From positions 224,001 through 288,000 of the forward strand of contig CAVWHO010000008.1 of assembly GCA_963754875.1 (NCBI GenBank): a DNA stretch of 64,000 bases, given 5' to 3'. Positions 31,752-42,687 of this stretch are shown here, in pieces. Position 1 is the first letter of the stretch. Each line of letters opens with the position of its first letter. The notes under the pieces were generated by a model. That model saw nothing but the letters and a program-made list of their open reading frames with translations. It was not told where the DNA came from and searched no databases. Source of the stretch: Nitrospirota bacterium. Lineage in GTDB: Bacteria > Nitrospirota > UBA9217. A program made the translations under genes and the position numbers.

Positions 31752-32921
31752 CTACTTCCTGTCCTTGATCGGCGCATACTTCCGGTCTTCAGGTCCGGTG
31801 TAGTTCGCGGAAGGACGGATGATCTTGTTATCGAGCCGCTGCTCGATCACATGGGCGCCCCAGCCCGTGGTGCGTGAAATGACGAAGATCGGTGTGAACA
31901 GGCTGGTCGGTACACCCAGCATATGATAAGTCACCGCAGAATACCAGTCAAGATTGGAGAACATGTTCTTTTCCCTTTTCATGACCGCTTCGATACGGTC
32001 GGCAATGTTAAAGAGGTTCATGTTGTCTCCGTCTTCACAGAGCCCTTTCGCGATGCCCTTGATCGTGGTGTTCCGCGGATCGCTCACCGTGTACACCGGA
32101 TGTCCGAAACCGATGATGATCTCTTTTCGCGCGACCCGGGCCATGATGTCCGCTTCGGCTTCGTCGGGCGTCCGGTAGCGCCGCTGGATCTCGTGGGCCA
32201 CTTCGTTCGCGCCGCCGTGCTTCGGTCCCCGCAAAGCTCCAATCGCTCCGGTGATGGCCGAATAGACATCGGAAAGCGTGCCTGCTATGACGCGTGCGGT
32301 GAAAGTGGATGCGGTGAACTCGTGCTCGGCATAAAGGATCAGTGACTGGTCGAGCGCTTTTTCATGGAGCGCTGACGGCTTTTTCCCGTGCAGGAGATGG
32401 AGGAAGTGTCCTGCCACGGTATCGTCGTCGGTATCAACGTCTATCCGGGTCCCGTTCTGACTGAAATGCCACCAGTAGAGAAGCATGGAACCGAAAGATG
32501 CCACCATCCGGTCAATGATGTCGCCTGCTCCGGGGATGTTCTGGTCGTCCTTCTCCGGAAGCACGTTGCCGAGGATGGAGCAGCCGGTGCGCAGCACGTC
32601 CATGGGATGGGCTGATGCGGGAATGTGTTCCAGCACGGTCCTCACCTGGTTGGGCAGGCCGCGAAGGCTTTTCAGCTTTTTCTTATAGTCCTTTAATGCC
32701 GACTGGGTCGGCAGTTCGCCGTGGACCAGGAGATACGCCACTTCCTCGAAGGTGGACTGTTTTGCAAGCTCCACGATATCGTAGCCGCGGTAGTGCAGAT
32801 CATTCCCGGTCCTGCCGACGGTGCAGACCGCCGAGTTGCCGGCCACCACACCCGAAAGGGCGACGGATTTTTTTACCTTGGGCGCTGCTGCAGGAGTCGC
32901 AGTAATAGTGTCGTTACTCAT
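31752..32921 (-). CDS. prpC: 2-methylcitrate synthase
   Basis: [18 protein letters not shown] and GFGHPVY motifs; lies between prpB and prpD. Confidence 0.95.
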   Translation of the reverse strand: MSNDTITATPAAAPKVKKSVALSGVVAGNSAVCTVGRTGNDLHYRGYDIVELAKQSTFEEVAYLLVHGELPTQSALKDYKKKLKSLRGLPNQVRTVLEHIPASAHPMDVLRTGCSILGNVLPEKDDQNIPGAGDIIDRMVASFGSMLLYWWHFSQNGTRIDVDTDDDTVAGHFLHLLHGKKPSALHEKALDQSLILYAEHEFTASTFTARVIAGTLSDVYSAITGAIGALRGPKHGGANEVAHEIQRRYRTPDEAEADIMARVARKEIIIGFGHPVYTVSDPRNTTIKGIAKGLCEDGDNMNLFNIADRIEAVMKREKNMFSNLDWYSAVTYHMLGVPTSLFTPIFVISRTTGWGAHVIEQRLDNKIIRPSANYTGPEDRKYAPIKDRK

Positions 32922-32922
32922 G

Positions 32923-33810
32923 TTATTTTTCCTCCTTGGAAAATATTTTATCGAGCTTTTCTTCGAAAGCATGGTAATCAAGGTAATCATAGAGATCGGC
33001 ACGGGTCTGCATGAGGTTGATCACGTTTTTCTGGGATTCTTCCTTGCGGATCGTGCAATAGACCGTCAGCGCGGCCTTGCTCATGGCCCGGAACGCGGAC
33101 AGCGGATACAATACGAGGGAGACATCGACGCTGCGCAGTTCTTCCACCGAATAGAGCGGCGTTGCGCCGAACTCGGTGATGTTGGCGAGGATCGGCACCT
33201 TTACCGCCTGGGCGAACTTCTTATACATGACAAGATCGGTTATCGCCTCGGGGAAGATCATGTCCGCACCGGCTTCGACACATGCCTGTGCACGGTCGAT
33301 CGCTGCTTCAAGCCCCTCCACGGCGAGAGCGTCTGTTCTCGCCATGATGACGAACTCCGAATCGGTCTTTGCATCGACCGCCGCCTTGATGCGGTCCACC
33401 ATTTCGTCTTTGCTGACGATTGCCTTGCCGGGTCGGTGGCCGCAGCGTTTCGCCTGTACCTGGTCTTCGATATGCACGGCGGCCGCCCCGGCTTTGATCA
33501 TGGATTTTATCGCACGCGCGATGTTGAAGGCGCCGCCCCATCCGGTATCGATGTCAACAAGCACGGGAAGATCCGTGTTATCGGTGATGCGCCGAACGTC
33601 AGTCAGGACGTCTTCCATTGTGGTGATGCCGAGGTCCGGAACGCCGAGCGATCCGGCGGCAACGCCGCCGCCCGAAACATAGAGCGCTTTGAAACCCGTG
33701 CGCTCTGCCAGGCGCGCCGCATACGCATTGATCGCGCCCACGACCTGTAATGGTTTTTCTTCACGTAGGGCCGCCCGAAAACGGCTGCCCGGTGATATCG
33801 GTCTTGTCAT
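32923..33810 (-). CDS. prpB: 2-methylisocitrate lyase
   Basis: KRCGHRPGK active-site motif; DIDTGWG. Confidence 0.96.
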   Translation of the reverse strand: MTRPISPGSRFRAALREEKPLQVVGAINAYAARLAERTGFKALYVSGGGVAAGSLGVPDLGITTMEDVLTDVRRITDNTDLPVLVDIDTGWGGAFNIARAIKSMIKAGAAAVHIEDQVQAKRCGHRPGKAIVSKDEMVDRIKAAVDAKTDSEFVIMARTDALAVEGLEAAIDRAQACVEAGADMIFPEAITDLVMYKKFAQAVKVPILANITEFGATPLYSVEELRSVDVSLVLYPLSAFRAMSKAALTVYCTIRKEESQKNVINLMQTRADLYDYLDYHAFEEKLDKIFSKEEK

Positions 33811-33935
33811 GCCAGAATCCTCCTCAGAACAATTGATGTTTTATCATCTCGCTACCATTGTTTCAACTGCTTCAACGGCATGGAACGAAGTATCGAGAAA
33901 AAATGACCGATATATAGAATGGCGACATTAGTAAG

Positions 33936-33951
33936 AGCAATTACCGGGCCA
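33936..33951 (-). promoter_or_regulatory. sigma54 -24/-12 promoter of the prpB operon
   Basis: TGGCCC-GGTAA-TTGCT matches TGGCAC-N5-TTGCW; adjacent sigma54 activator gene. Confidence 0.8.
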
Positions 33952-34060
33952 GGAATAGACAGTATCAGAAAGCTAACACTTATTGAGTTTAACAGATTGA
34001 TATTATGAGATTGTTTATCGGAAGGAATATTAGATAAAAGAAAAAATACTTTTCATCAAC

Positions 34061-34093
34061 TGCAATAATTATCATTTATTGCGAATTATTGCA
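34061..34093. promoter_or_regulatory. Candidate upstream activator site (inverted repeat)
   Basis: tgcaataatt-N13-aattattgca, perfect 10-bp inverted repeat ~110-140 bp upstream of the sigma54 promoter. Confidence 0.6.
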
Positions 34094-34110
34094 GGCAACA
34101 TGTTGCAGTA

Positions 34111-35838
34111 TCATACTTCGGTAATACCAAATTTTTTTATCTTATAGTAAAGATTTCTCAGCGCGACGTCCAGGAGCTCTGCAGCCTTTTCTCTATTTCC
34201 GCCCGATTCTCTGAGCGCCCTCATAATAGCGGCACGCTCTGCATCGGAAACCACCTGATCGAGTGAACGCGGCGCCATCGCTGCTTGTTCGGCAGCGAGG
34301 AATGCCTCGTTTATTTTCTCGCACTCTAGGATCGGCAGATGCTGCGTATCGATCACCCTCTCTTGCGGCCGCATGTTGATCATGGCCCGGCCGAGAACGT
34401 TTTCGAGTTCTCTGACATTTCCGGGCCAGGGGTATTTCCCGAGTTCCGCAAGGGCTTCCGGCGCCATACCCGTCACTTGTCTTCCGAATTCCTGGTTCAG
34501 GCGGAAGATAACATGCTGGACCAGCCGCGGGATGTCCTCCGGCCGCGCCCGGAGCGGCGGGATCGCGATAGGCAAGACGTTCAGACGGTAATAGAGGTCC
34601 CCCTTGAACGTGCCGTCTTTCACTTTCTGCTCAAGGTTCACATTGGTCGCGGCGATCACCCGAACGTCGACAGAGCAAGGCATCGTACTGCCGACGCGAA
34701 CGATCTCTCGCTCTTGCAGCACCCGGAGTAATTTCCGCTGGAGCGACAGGCTGATTTCGCCGATCTCGTCAAGAAAGATGGTGCCGCCGCTCGCCTCTTC
34801 AAAGAGGCCTTTCTTACCGCCCTTCAGGGCGCCGGTAAAGGCCCCTTCCACGTAACCGAACAGTTCGCTCTCAAGCAGGTTCTCGGACAGCGCTGCACAA
34901 TTGACCCGGACGAACTGCCCTTGCTGCCGCGCGCTCGCATTGTGGATCGCATGAGCAAAGAGCTCCTTGCCGGTCCCGCTCTCTCCGCGCAACAGCACGG
35001 TTGCAGGCGTCTCGGCGGCCCTTCGAGCCTGGTCTTTCGCGGCCACCATGGCGGGGCTTGAGCCGATAATGTCGCCCCAGGTATAACGGGCTTTGAGGTG
35101 ACGTATGAGTTTCCGCGCCTGGGCCAGTTCCTCGTTGAGCCCCATGATCTCGGAAATATCGTGGATCACACCGACGCTTCCCTTGATCTGGCCGTCGATA
35201 AAGATGGGGGCCACATTCACGATCACTTCTTTTTTTGCGGCCCCCACCTTCATCCGTACGTTGCGAACGGGCCTGCCGCTCCGGAGCACCTTCAAATGCA
35301 TGCTCTCTCCCTCGGCGATGTCCACGGTCACGGGTTTATTCAACACGGCGTCCTTGGTGAACCCGGTGAGGCGCGTGTACGCAGGGTTCACGATCATGTT
35401 GTTGCCGTGCTCGTCGGCCACGGAGATGGCGTCCGCCGTGGATTCGATCACTGCTTCGAGGAGACTCTGCACATTCCAGAGGCCGGTCACTTTGTCCGTA
35501 AGGGTCCGGATCTCCGTAATATCGCGGAATACCGCTACGGCCCCGATGATCTCGCCTGCCTCGTCTCTCACCGGCACGCGGTTCGTTACGATGACTACAT
35601 CGTTCAGGTGCTGCTCCTGGTTAATCTCGGGCTTGCCTTCGTGCAGGACTACGTGGAGGCGGGTATTGGGGATGACTTCGATGGCGGAACGATTGAGGAC
35701 GGTTTCTGCCTTCAGGCCGGTGATACGTTCAGCAGCTTTATTAAAAAGCGTAACAACACCTGACTTATTGATGGCAATCATCCCGTCATGGGTCGAATCG
35801 AGGATGATGTCCAGTTCGCGTGTGGTGATTGCAGCCAT
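34111..35838 (-). CDS. Double-PAS sigma54-dependent activator (PrpR-like role)
   Basis: Two PAS domains, GESGTGKE, GAFTGA, C-terminal HTH. Confidence 0.9.
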   Translation of the reverse strand: MAAITTRELDIILDSTHDGMIAINKSGVVTLFNKAAERITGLKAETVLNRSAIEVIPNTRLHVVLHEGKPEINQEQHLNDVVIVTNRVPVRDEAGEIIGAVAVFRDITEIRTLTDKVTGLWNVQSLLEAVIESTADAISVADEHGNNMIVNPAYTRLTGFTKDAVLNKPVTVDIAEGESMHLKVLRSGRPVRNVRMKVGAAKKEVIVNVAPIFIDGQIKGSVGVIHDISEIMGLNEELAQARKLIRHLKARYTWGDIIGSSPAMVAAKDQARRAAETPATVLLRGESGTGKELFAHAIHNASARQQGQFVRVNCAALSENLLESELFGYVEGAFTGALKGGKKGLFEEASGGTIFLDEIGEISLSLQRKLLRVLQEREIVRVGSTMPCSVDVRVIAATNVNLEQKVKDGTFKGDLYYRLNVLPIAIPPLRARPEDIPRLVQHVIFRLNQEFGRQVTGMAPEALAELGKYPWPGNVRELENVLGRAMINMRPQERVIDTQHLPILECEKINEAFLAAEQAAMAPRSLDQVVSDAERAAIMRALRESGGNREKAAELLDVALRNLYYKIKKFGITEV

Positions 35839-35958
35839 ATTCCGTCCTTGTCCGGGAATTGTACTGCAAACATCCTCTTTACGCAAGCGCCAAAAAACGA
35901 TGGTTCACCGTGGAAACACAGGATACTCAGTCAAATTATCAAGGCACTGATGCTTACA

Positions 35959-38400
35959 TCAACTTGCCCTCGCTCGCAAGGAATTTCCCACAACGCTTAA
36001 GGAACTGAGGGCCATTGCTCCCGCCGCCACAATGGGGTGAAGAACGCCTGCGATTGCAAGAGGGATCGCCACCGCGTTATAGGCAAAGGCCCAGAAAAGG
36101 TTCTGCCGTATAATGGAAAAGGTCTTCTTCGACAGTTTCAGCGCCTGCGGCACGAGCCGAAGATCGTATCGCATGAGCACCATGTCCGCGCTTTCCAGGG
36201 CAATGTCCGTGGCCCTTCCCATGGCGATGCCGACCTCGGCCTCGACAAGTGCGGGCGCGTCATTGATCCCGTCTCCTACCATGATGCAGTGTTTTCCTTT
36301 TTCGTGCATCTTCCGGATGTCCTCCACTTTTTCCAAGGGAGAACGTTTTGCCTGCACGTCCGTGATCCCGACACTTCTGGCAACGGCTTCTGCCGTAGCC
36401 AAGGCGTCTCCCGTAATCATCACGATTTCGTGGCCCTGTCGCTTGAGAAGTTTGACCGCTTCCGCTGCTTCTTTTCTCGGCGCGTCGGACACGGCGAATA
36501 CGCCCGCCAGATTTCCGGCATAGGCGAGGTACACAACTGTGGCCCCTTCTTCTTGGCGGGACGAAGCGAGTGTAATTTCGCTCGCGTCCAGGCTCCTCTT
36601 GGTCCCCTCCGTTTCAATGAACTCACGGTTGCCGACCAAAACATCATTTCCGGCAATCCTGCCGCGAATCCCCTTGCCCGGAACGACGGTAAATGCCGTT
36701 ACCTCGGAGAATGAACAACCACGGGCCGCGGCTGTTACGGCGTTGCCGATCGAGTGTTCTGAAAATCTTTCGAGGGAAGCAGCGAGACAAAGAGCTTCCC
36801 TGTCCTCCATGCCGATCCCGCGGGAAAAGATCAACGACGGTTTACCTTCGGTAATAGTTCCGGTTTTGTCGAATACGACCACATTGACTTTTTTTGTCCG
36901 CTCAATCACGTCGCCGCCTTTGATCAGGATCCCCTTCGACGCTCCGAAGGTGGTACCGATCAGGATGGCCAGGGGCGTGGCGAGCCCCAAAGCGCAGGGA
37001 CAGGCGATGACCATTACGGACACCGCGTTCATTACGGCCACGGACACCGGACTCCCCCTGAAGAGCCAGTACCCTGCTGTTGCGAGACTGAGCAGCATGA
37101 CAGCCGGGACGAAGATAGAAATCATGCGGTCCACGAGGGATTGGACAGGCGCGCGCCTCGCCTGCGCATCCTCCACTGCTTTGATGATGCGCGCCAATAC
37201 CGTATCGCTGCCCGTCATCGTCACCTGATAGACGAAACGGCCGTAGAGGTTCACGGTCCCGCAGCAGACTTCGGACCCGGGCTGTTTCGCTGCCGGCCGG
37301 GACTCGCCGGTTAACATGGACTCGTCTGTTTCCGACTCCCCTTCTTTCACCATGCCGTCGAGCGGGATCTTTTCTCCGGGTATCACCTCGATGAGGTCTC
37401 CGGGCCTCACGAGAGACACAGGGACCATACGCCGATCGGCATTCAGCATTGTTCCGGTCTCGTCCTTGAGCTCCTTCGACGAGAACAGCTTTCGTGCTTC
37501 CTGCGGGGCGAGCGTAACAAGCCTCATAATGACTTCCGATGCTTTTCGCTTGGCCCCGGATTCGATGTACCTTCCCAGAAGGATCAGGGTAATAATCATG
37601 ACGGCCGTGTCGAAGTAAACCTCACCGCCTATCATCATCTGGTAGATGCTGTACAAATAAGCCGATCCTGCGCCTGCAGCTATCAGGAAGTCCATGTTGA
37701 AGGTAAGATTTCTCAGCCCCCGTACGGCTCCGGCCAGAAACGGCCATCCCGAATAAAAGATCACCGGCGTGGTCAACGCCAGCGAGATCACGTTAAAAAC
37801 GTTCTTCATCCTCACGTCCATGCCCTGGAAGTAACCGGCGTACAGGGCGATGGAGAAGATCATGAGTTGCATGGAAAGGAAGCCTGCGGTCCCGAAGCGG
37901 AGAAGAAGGTCGCGCGAAGCTTTCCGTTGCTCCTCCTCGATTGCCGCGGCAAGGAAGGGCTTCGGCGTGTATCCGATGGACGTGATGCGGGACAGGATCG
38001 TTTCGATGCGCGTTTCCGCGGGAAGCCAGCGGATGCGAGCCCGGTGCGTTGCGTAGTTGACCTGGGCAAAGGTCACGCCCTGGGTCTTCATGAGGATCTT
38101 TTCATTCAGCCAGACACAGGAGGCGCAGCGGATGCCGTCGAGTACGATATCCAGTTCAAGTTCAGTCCCCGACTGCCGGACCTGCGCGGCAAATGCGGCA
38201 AGGTCCACGGGCCTGGCAACAACCGGACCGGGCTGCCACTCCCTCCGGCGCCTATAGAAATCGTCCAGTCCTTCGCTATTGATAAGCTGGTAAACATCCT
38301 GGCAGCCGTGACAACAGAAAACCTTCTGAGATCCGTTAAGAGAATCATAGACCGCTTCGTTATCGGGAAATTCAATGAGGCAGTGGTCACAGGTCAACAT
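35959..38400 (-). CDS. Heavy-metal P1B-type ATPase (CcoI/FixI-like)
   Basis: CDHC and FCCHGC N-terminus, CASC, CPC, DKTGT, GDGIND. Confidence 0.9.
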   Translation of the reverse strand: MLTCDHCLIEFPDNEAVYDSLNGSQKVFCCHGCQDVYQLINSEGLDDFYRRRREWQPGPVVARPVDLAAFAAQVRQSGTELELDIVLDGIRCASCVWLNEKILMKTQGVTFAQVNYATHRARIRWLPAETRIETILSRITSIGYTPKPFLAAAIEEEQRKASRDLLLRFGTAGFLSMQLMIFSIALYAGYFQGMDVRMKNVFNVISLALTTPVIFYSGWPFLAGAVRGLRNLTFNMDFLIAAGAGSAYLYSIYQMMIGGEVYFDTAVMIITLILLGRYIESGAKRKASEVIMRLVTLAPQEARKLFSSKELKDETGTMLNADRRMVPVSLVRPGDLIEVIPGEKIPLDGMVKEGESETDESMLTGESRPAAKQPGSEVCCGTVNLYGRFVYQVTMTGSDTVLARIIKAVEDAQARRAPVQSLVDRMISIFVPAVMLLSLATAGYWLFRGSPVSVAVMNAVSVMVIACPCALGLATPLAILIGTTFGASKGILIKGGDVIERTKKVNVVVFDKTGTITEGKPSLIFSRGIGMEDREALCLAASLERFSEHSIGNAVTAAARGCSFSEVTAFTVVPGKGIRGRIAGNDVLVGNREFIETEGTKRSLDASEITLASSRQEEGATVVYLAYAGNLAGVFAVSDAPRKEAAEAVKLLKRQGHEIVMITGDALATAEAVARSVGITDVQAKRSPLEKVEDIRKMHEKGKHCIMVGDGINDAPALVEAEVGIAMGRATDIALESADMVLMRYDLRLVPQALKLSKKTFSIIRQNLFWAFAYNAVAIPLAIAGVLHPIVAAGAMALSSLSVVGNSLRARAS

Positions 38401-39067
38401 ACAGCTCTATCCCCTTCAATATATAGTAGAGACCCATAACCATTACCACGACGCCGCCCGCCTTCTGCACCCGGGCGCGCAGCCGCGAACCGAGATAGCT
38501 GACTATCATACCGAAGAGCAACAGGGCCGGGACCGTGCCAGCGCCGAAGGCGAGCATGGTGAACATACCGGCAAGCGGTGTCCCTGTGCCTGCTGCTGCA
38601 ATAAAGGCCGTATAGGAAAGTCCGCAGGGTAAGAGCCCTAGTACCAGTCCGAGAGGAAGATATCTCCAGCCGGAACTATGGGAAAATATTTTTTTTGCCA
38701 TGCCGAGGACCAGCGAATTATGTTGTTCCAGCCAACCCGTTCCGCCCAAGACACCGAGGATGCTGAGTCCCATGACGAGCATGATGAGGCCGGCCGCGAT
38801 CATGACCCCGTTCTGGACCCCCGCCAGCTTGCTCGCCACGTTCACGAAGGAGCCGACAAGCCCCATGACCGCTCCCACGGTCCCGTAGGTGGTGATACGG
38901 CCCGTGTTGTAAAGCAGTTGGCGAACGACCGTGCCCGGCACACCCGTGCGTTTGGCAGCTGCTGAGTGCAGCGCGGACGAGGCTACGAGCGGACCGCACA
39001 TGCCGATGCAATGCCCGAACCCGCCGACGAGCCCCGTGGTCAGGGCCAAAAGATAACCGGCATTCAT
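38387..39067 (-). CDS. DsbD_2 / TauE-SafE-like membrane protein (oxidase accessory type)
   Basis: GHCIGMCGP, YNTGRITTY and LPCG motifs. Confidence 0.85.
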   Translation of the reverse strand: MNAGYLLALTTGLVGGFGHCIGMCGPLVASSALHSAAAKRTGVPGTVVRQLLYNTGRITTYGTVGAVMGLVGSFVNVASKLAGVQNGVMIAAGLIMLVMGLSILGVLGGTGWLEQHNSLVLGMAKKIFSHSSGWRYLPLGLVLGLLPCGLSYTAFIAAAGTGTPLAGMFTMLAFGAGTVPALLLFGMIVSYLGSRLRARVQKAGGVVVMVMGLYYILKGIELYVDL

Positions 39068-39068
39068 G

Positions 39069-39524
39069 TCAGGGGACCTCGAACAGATAGTTCACGACTG
39101 ATTTTTTTCCGCCCTGTTCTATTGTGACAGAGGCTTGCCAATTTTTCCCCCCGCTCGGACAGTGAATGATGACACCCGTCCCTTCGTAGATACCGTCCGC
39201 GCGGTGTGCGAGCCGGACGATATTTTCCCCCATGTACATACCGGGCATCGACAGGTTGATCAGGAGGGAGGCGTTCGTGACCGGCTTGCCCTTCTCTTTC
39301 ACTGTCACAATAAAGGTCAGCTCCCGCATGGCCTTGAGCGGTTTGGGGGAAACGTCGAAGCCCACCGAGAGAGCGCCCGAAGTCTGGACGCAGGAACCGG
39401 CATCGATGCGGCAGTCCGGCTCTGCGGCATTAAGTGCTGGCGTGCGGATTCCAAGAAATGTAATTATCAACAGGAGTGGGGTAAGTGACGCTAGTTTTTT
39501 TTTCGTGGTCCGGCAAGCATACAT
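39069..39524 (-). CDS. FixH/YtkA-like exported protein
   Basis: Signal peptide; LSMPGMYMG..GIYEG..HCPSG. Confidence 0.6.
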   Translation of the reverse strand: MYACRTTKKKLASLTPLLLIITFLGIRTPALNAAEPDCRIDAGSCVQTSGALSVGFDVSPKPLKAMRELTFIVTVKEKGKPVTNASLLINLSMPGMYMGENIVRLAHRADGIYEGTGVIIHCPSGGKNWQASVTIEQGGKKSVVNYLFEVP

Positions 39525-39587
39525 AAGTACTAGTATAACATGCTGTGTGAGGCAGCGGGGGTTTGCACGATGCCAAGATTTAGGTAG

Positions 39588-40901
39588 TTAAAAATGCACT
39601 TCGATCCCGACCATGTAACTTTCCGCGAGGAGAGAATTGAATTCCGTATTCCTTCCACTGCCCACGGCAACAGTGTTGATGTTAAAAAGCTGGACACGAT
39701 TCGACATTTGCCATTCAATGATCGAAGAGGCCTGGCCTGCATGCTCTTCCAAGCCGTGGGTATACCTCACGATGACATCGAGGACGTTCTTAATTTCCCT
39801 GACCTGAAATTGTCCCATGAGATAATATCTCCTGAGAAAGGGCAGCTCGTTGTTAATCGTTTCACCGAGCGTCATCTGCGACAAGCCGGACATCGGCGTT
39901 GCATCAAAAAAATGGTCGTATGCATTCTGCCGGATCATGTAGTAGGAGTTTGCTTCGGCATTGTCGTAACCCAGGCCGTTGTAAAGAAATTCCATGCTGA
40001 GCGTCGATCCTGACAAAAATGTATACGATCCCCCGGCTGATACTGTCGTGAAGAGCCTGCTTGAGCCGTCATAGCGTTTTGCAAAAGCTCCGCCCAGCGG
40101 GTTGGAAGCATCGGCAACAGGATAGAGTGCATCGTTTCCTTTTGATACAATCCCGTCATAATAGAGAAGAACCGCATCCGATGCCGTCAACTGGCCGTAG
40201 CTTCCCAAACGGAAACGGTCGTCCTGCCGATAATAGGCGATCATGCTGATGAGTGAATTGCTGTTCAGATAATCAACCTTCAGCGCCTGCGCGGGTTTGA
40301 GCGACTCCCCGAGATCGTTATTCTCCTTTTGCGTTTCCGAGATCAGGTTGATGGTGATTATGCTGTTCGGTACGTAAATCACTTTTGCCAGATATTTTCC
40401 TTCTACTTCGGTCTTTGGGTTTATCTTTTCCGTGTCCTTGAACAGGATGTTCGAGGGGCTCGCGATGAAAGACGGGCCCCAGAGCAATTTTTCTTTTCCA
40501 AAGGAAACAAATACAGTTGAGAGCGGTTTTGCCTGTACGCGCCACTCATTCACGAACGCCCGGTCCGATGACTGGTTTTTGCCTTTCGAAACGCCGTCTT
40601 CCCACCACTGATAAGACGCTATGACCCGCGGTTTGAACAAAGCGCTCACGTCCGGCAAATCCAGAAAAAAATCCGGCCGCAGATCGAGCTCCGTAGAATA
40701 CCGGTACAGATCGAGGAAAGCATTGTCCGGGTTCTGCGTCGAGTGTCCGGGAACCTGCATATCGCCGAAAACGAGAGCTTTTAGGTTATAGGAGAATGCA
40801 TCGCTGCCCTTGCTGTCCTCACCCGCCGCAGCAACAAGAGGAAGGAAAGAAAAGAGAACCGACATTATGGAAAGCGCCACTGATGATTTCAAGAATTTCA
40901 T
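39588..40901 (-). CDS. Putative outer-membrane beta-barrel protein
   Basis: Signal peptide, alternating aromatic strands, C-terminal VGIEVHF. Confidence 0.65.
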   Translation of the reverse strand: MKFLKSSVALSIMSVLFSFLPLVAAAGEDSKGSDAFSYNLKALVFGDMQVPGHSTQNPDNAFLDLYRYSTELDLRPDFFLDLPDVSALFKPRVIASYQWWEDGVSKGKNQSSDRAFVNEWRVQAKPLSTVFVSFGKEKLLWGPSFIASPSNILFKDTEKINPKTEVEGKYLAKVIYVPNSIITINLISETQKENNDLGESLKPAQALKVDYLNSNSLISMIAYYRQDDRFRLGSYGQLTASDAVLLYYDGIVSKGNDALYPVADASNPLGGAFAKRYDGSSRLFTTVSAGGSYTFLSGSTLSMEFLYNGLGYDNAEANSYYMIRQNAYDHFFDATPMSGLSQMTLGETINNELPFLRRYYLMGQFQVREIKNVLDVIVRYTHGLEEHAGQASSIIEWQMSNRVQLFNINTVAVGSGRNTEFNSLLAESYMVGIEVHF

Positions 40902-41057
40902 CGCATAATCTCAAACTGTGATCAAAAAAAAGCTAATCTTCATCTTGTGGAGAATTGCCTCGAAGACCAGAGCCTCGCAGGGCTCCTTTTACATCCGCAA
41001 ATTTTGCGTTGCCTTCCTCCGCGTCTCAGCGTCTCCGCGGTTCACTGATTTCATCTT

Positions 41058-41810
41058 CTACCGTACCAGCACGTTCAGGTTAAACGTCGTATCAGGGATC
41101 GGTTCAACCTTGATATTAGTATAGGTCATCGTGGTTATCCGGTCTTTCTGGATCGCGTCCCGGATGATCAGCTCCGAAACAAAGGGGATTTCTTCCTGAT
41201 CGTCCATTTTGACCCGGTTGCCATACTTGAATTCCGCGGTTTTGAAGAGCTTGCCGGACAAGGTGTAAAACTCGGCCTTCACCCCGACAAGCCGCTCTTT
41301 CGAGACCCAGTACTTGATCCGGTCATAGGTCACATTCTTACTGGCCGCCTTCAGATCCAGAACGTAGCATGCCTCTCCGCGGACGCTTTCTTCGCCCAGA
41401 AACGCGGCGTTATAATCACCTGCATAATTCGTAGACGCGATATCGCCGTTTGCCGCATCGCCGATGAGCTTCTGGCGCGGCGAGAGCGAGACCGGTTTTT
41501 GCAGTCCCGAGCGTATGAACCACATGTTGCGGTCGACCATAAGCACCATGCGGTCGTTCATATTTGCCGGGCTCGTGAATTTCGCCAGGGTATTATTCTT
41601 CTTCACTTTCACCATCATGCCCCGCGATTCATTCGAACCCTCATCGGTCGTGGTGATTTTAATGTTCCAGACAATGCCACCGAGATTGCCCCGTGCGCGG
41701 TCTGCGTGCTTCAGGATGTCCTTGACTGGCAGGTCTCCCGCATGAACTCTACCGATTAATCCGCACAGGCCGAGCAGCAGGCTGAGCATGATCAGCTTAT
41801 ATTGTTTCAT
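41058..41810 (-). CDS. LolA-like outer-membrane lipoprotein-sorting family protein
   Basis: SPRQKLIGDAANGDIA, YDRIKYWV and EFYTLSGKLFKTA motifs. Confidence 0.8.
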   Translation of the reverse strand: MKQYKLIMLSLLLGLCGLIGRVHAGDLPVKDILKHADRARGNLGGIVWNIKITTTDEGSNESRGMMVKVKKNNTLAKFTSPANMNDRMVLMVDRNMWFIRSGLQKPVSLSPRQKLIGDAANGDIASTNYAGDYNAAFLGEESVRGEACYVLDLKAASKNVTYDRIKYWVSKERLVGVKAEFYTLSGKLFKTAEFKYGNRVKMDDQEEIPFVSELIIRDAIQKDRITTMTYTNIKVEPIPDTTFNLNVLVR

Positions 41811-41817
41811 CTGAAAA

Positions 41818-41870
41818 TCCCCCCTCACCTTTATCCTCTCCCCCGAGGGGAGAGGGTGGAGTGAGGGGTT
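41818..41870. repeat. REP-like palindrome (cccctcacc..cctctccc..gggagagg family)
   Basis: Related copies at 55416-55511 and 56154-56203. Confidence 0.65.
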
Positions 41871-41932
41871 TTCATTCACCCTTGTGTCGACTCTCCGAAA
41901 TGAACGACTCATAGCAACCCCTCCTTTATTTC

Positions 41933-42430
41933 CTATCCCCTATTTGCATCAATCTTTTTGAACAGCTGTTCCCTGGCTTCGTCTGTCGGGCCTCCCGCGT
42001 GCAGATACCGTACATAGCCGTTGCTGTCAATGAGAACCACATTGGGAAGGCCTTTCGAAAGTCCGTAGGCCATAAAAATTGTTCCTTCCCAATCGAGAAG
42101 AATGCTGTTCGGATTCTTTTTGAAATCGTTTCGGATTTTCCCCTTTAAAAAGAACGGCACAGTCCGTACATCGGCCACACCGATAATCCTCACGCTCTTC
42201 CCGTATTTCTTCTCGACTGACTCAATCCATAAATGGTTCTGCTCTGATCCCTTTTTGTCACTTGCGAGCAGCACGAACGGCTGGCCAACAAAAGACTGCA
42301 GGCTGTATTGCCGATCATATTGATCGGATAAAGCGAACTCAGGAGCCTTGGTATTGACGAGCGACTGTTCTCCCGTTGCGAGGCTGACGGGCAGGAAAAG
42401 AAATGCAAGAAATACAAGATAGTGTTTCAT
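41933..42430 (-). CDS. Exported thioredoxin-fold (redoxin/YtfJ-like) protein lacking catalytic Cys
   Basis: APEFALSDQ..ILLDWEG..VVLIDSNGYVRY; no CxxC. Confidence 0.6.
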   Translation of the reverse strand: MKHYLVFLAFLFLPVSLATGEQSLVNTKAPEFALSDQYDRQYSLQSFVGQPFVLLASDKKGSEQNHLWIESVEKKYGKSVRIIGVADVRTVPFFLKGKIRNDFKKNPNSILLDWEGTIFMAYGLSKGLPNVVLIDSNGYVRYLHAGGPTDEAREQLFKKIDANRG

Positions 42431-42687
42431 AATGCCTCCCGCTTAAGCGTTCCGTAGTATCAAAACCTTTCACCGTAGCCTGCACTCGCGTGAACGCGGC
42501 CATAAACAGAGGGACGCTGAGAACACTGAGAAAATCTTGGATTATAAACGCTGTGTCTCTACTGCCTGTTTTTTCGTTTTATTCGAGAACTAGAAATTCT
42601 CTGCGTCTCTGCGGTAAAAAACCTTTCAGTTTTTCATAAAACTTCTGACGTTACCCATTGTTCTACATCATTCCGCAATCAAAAACA

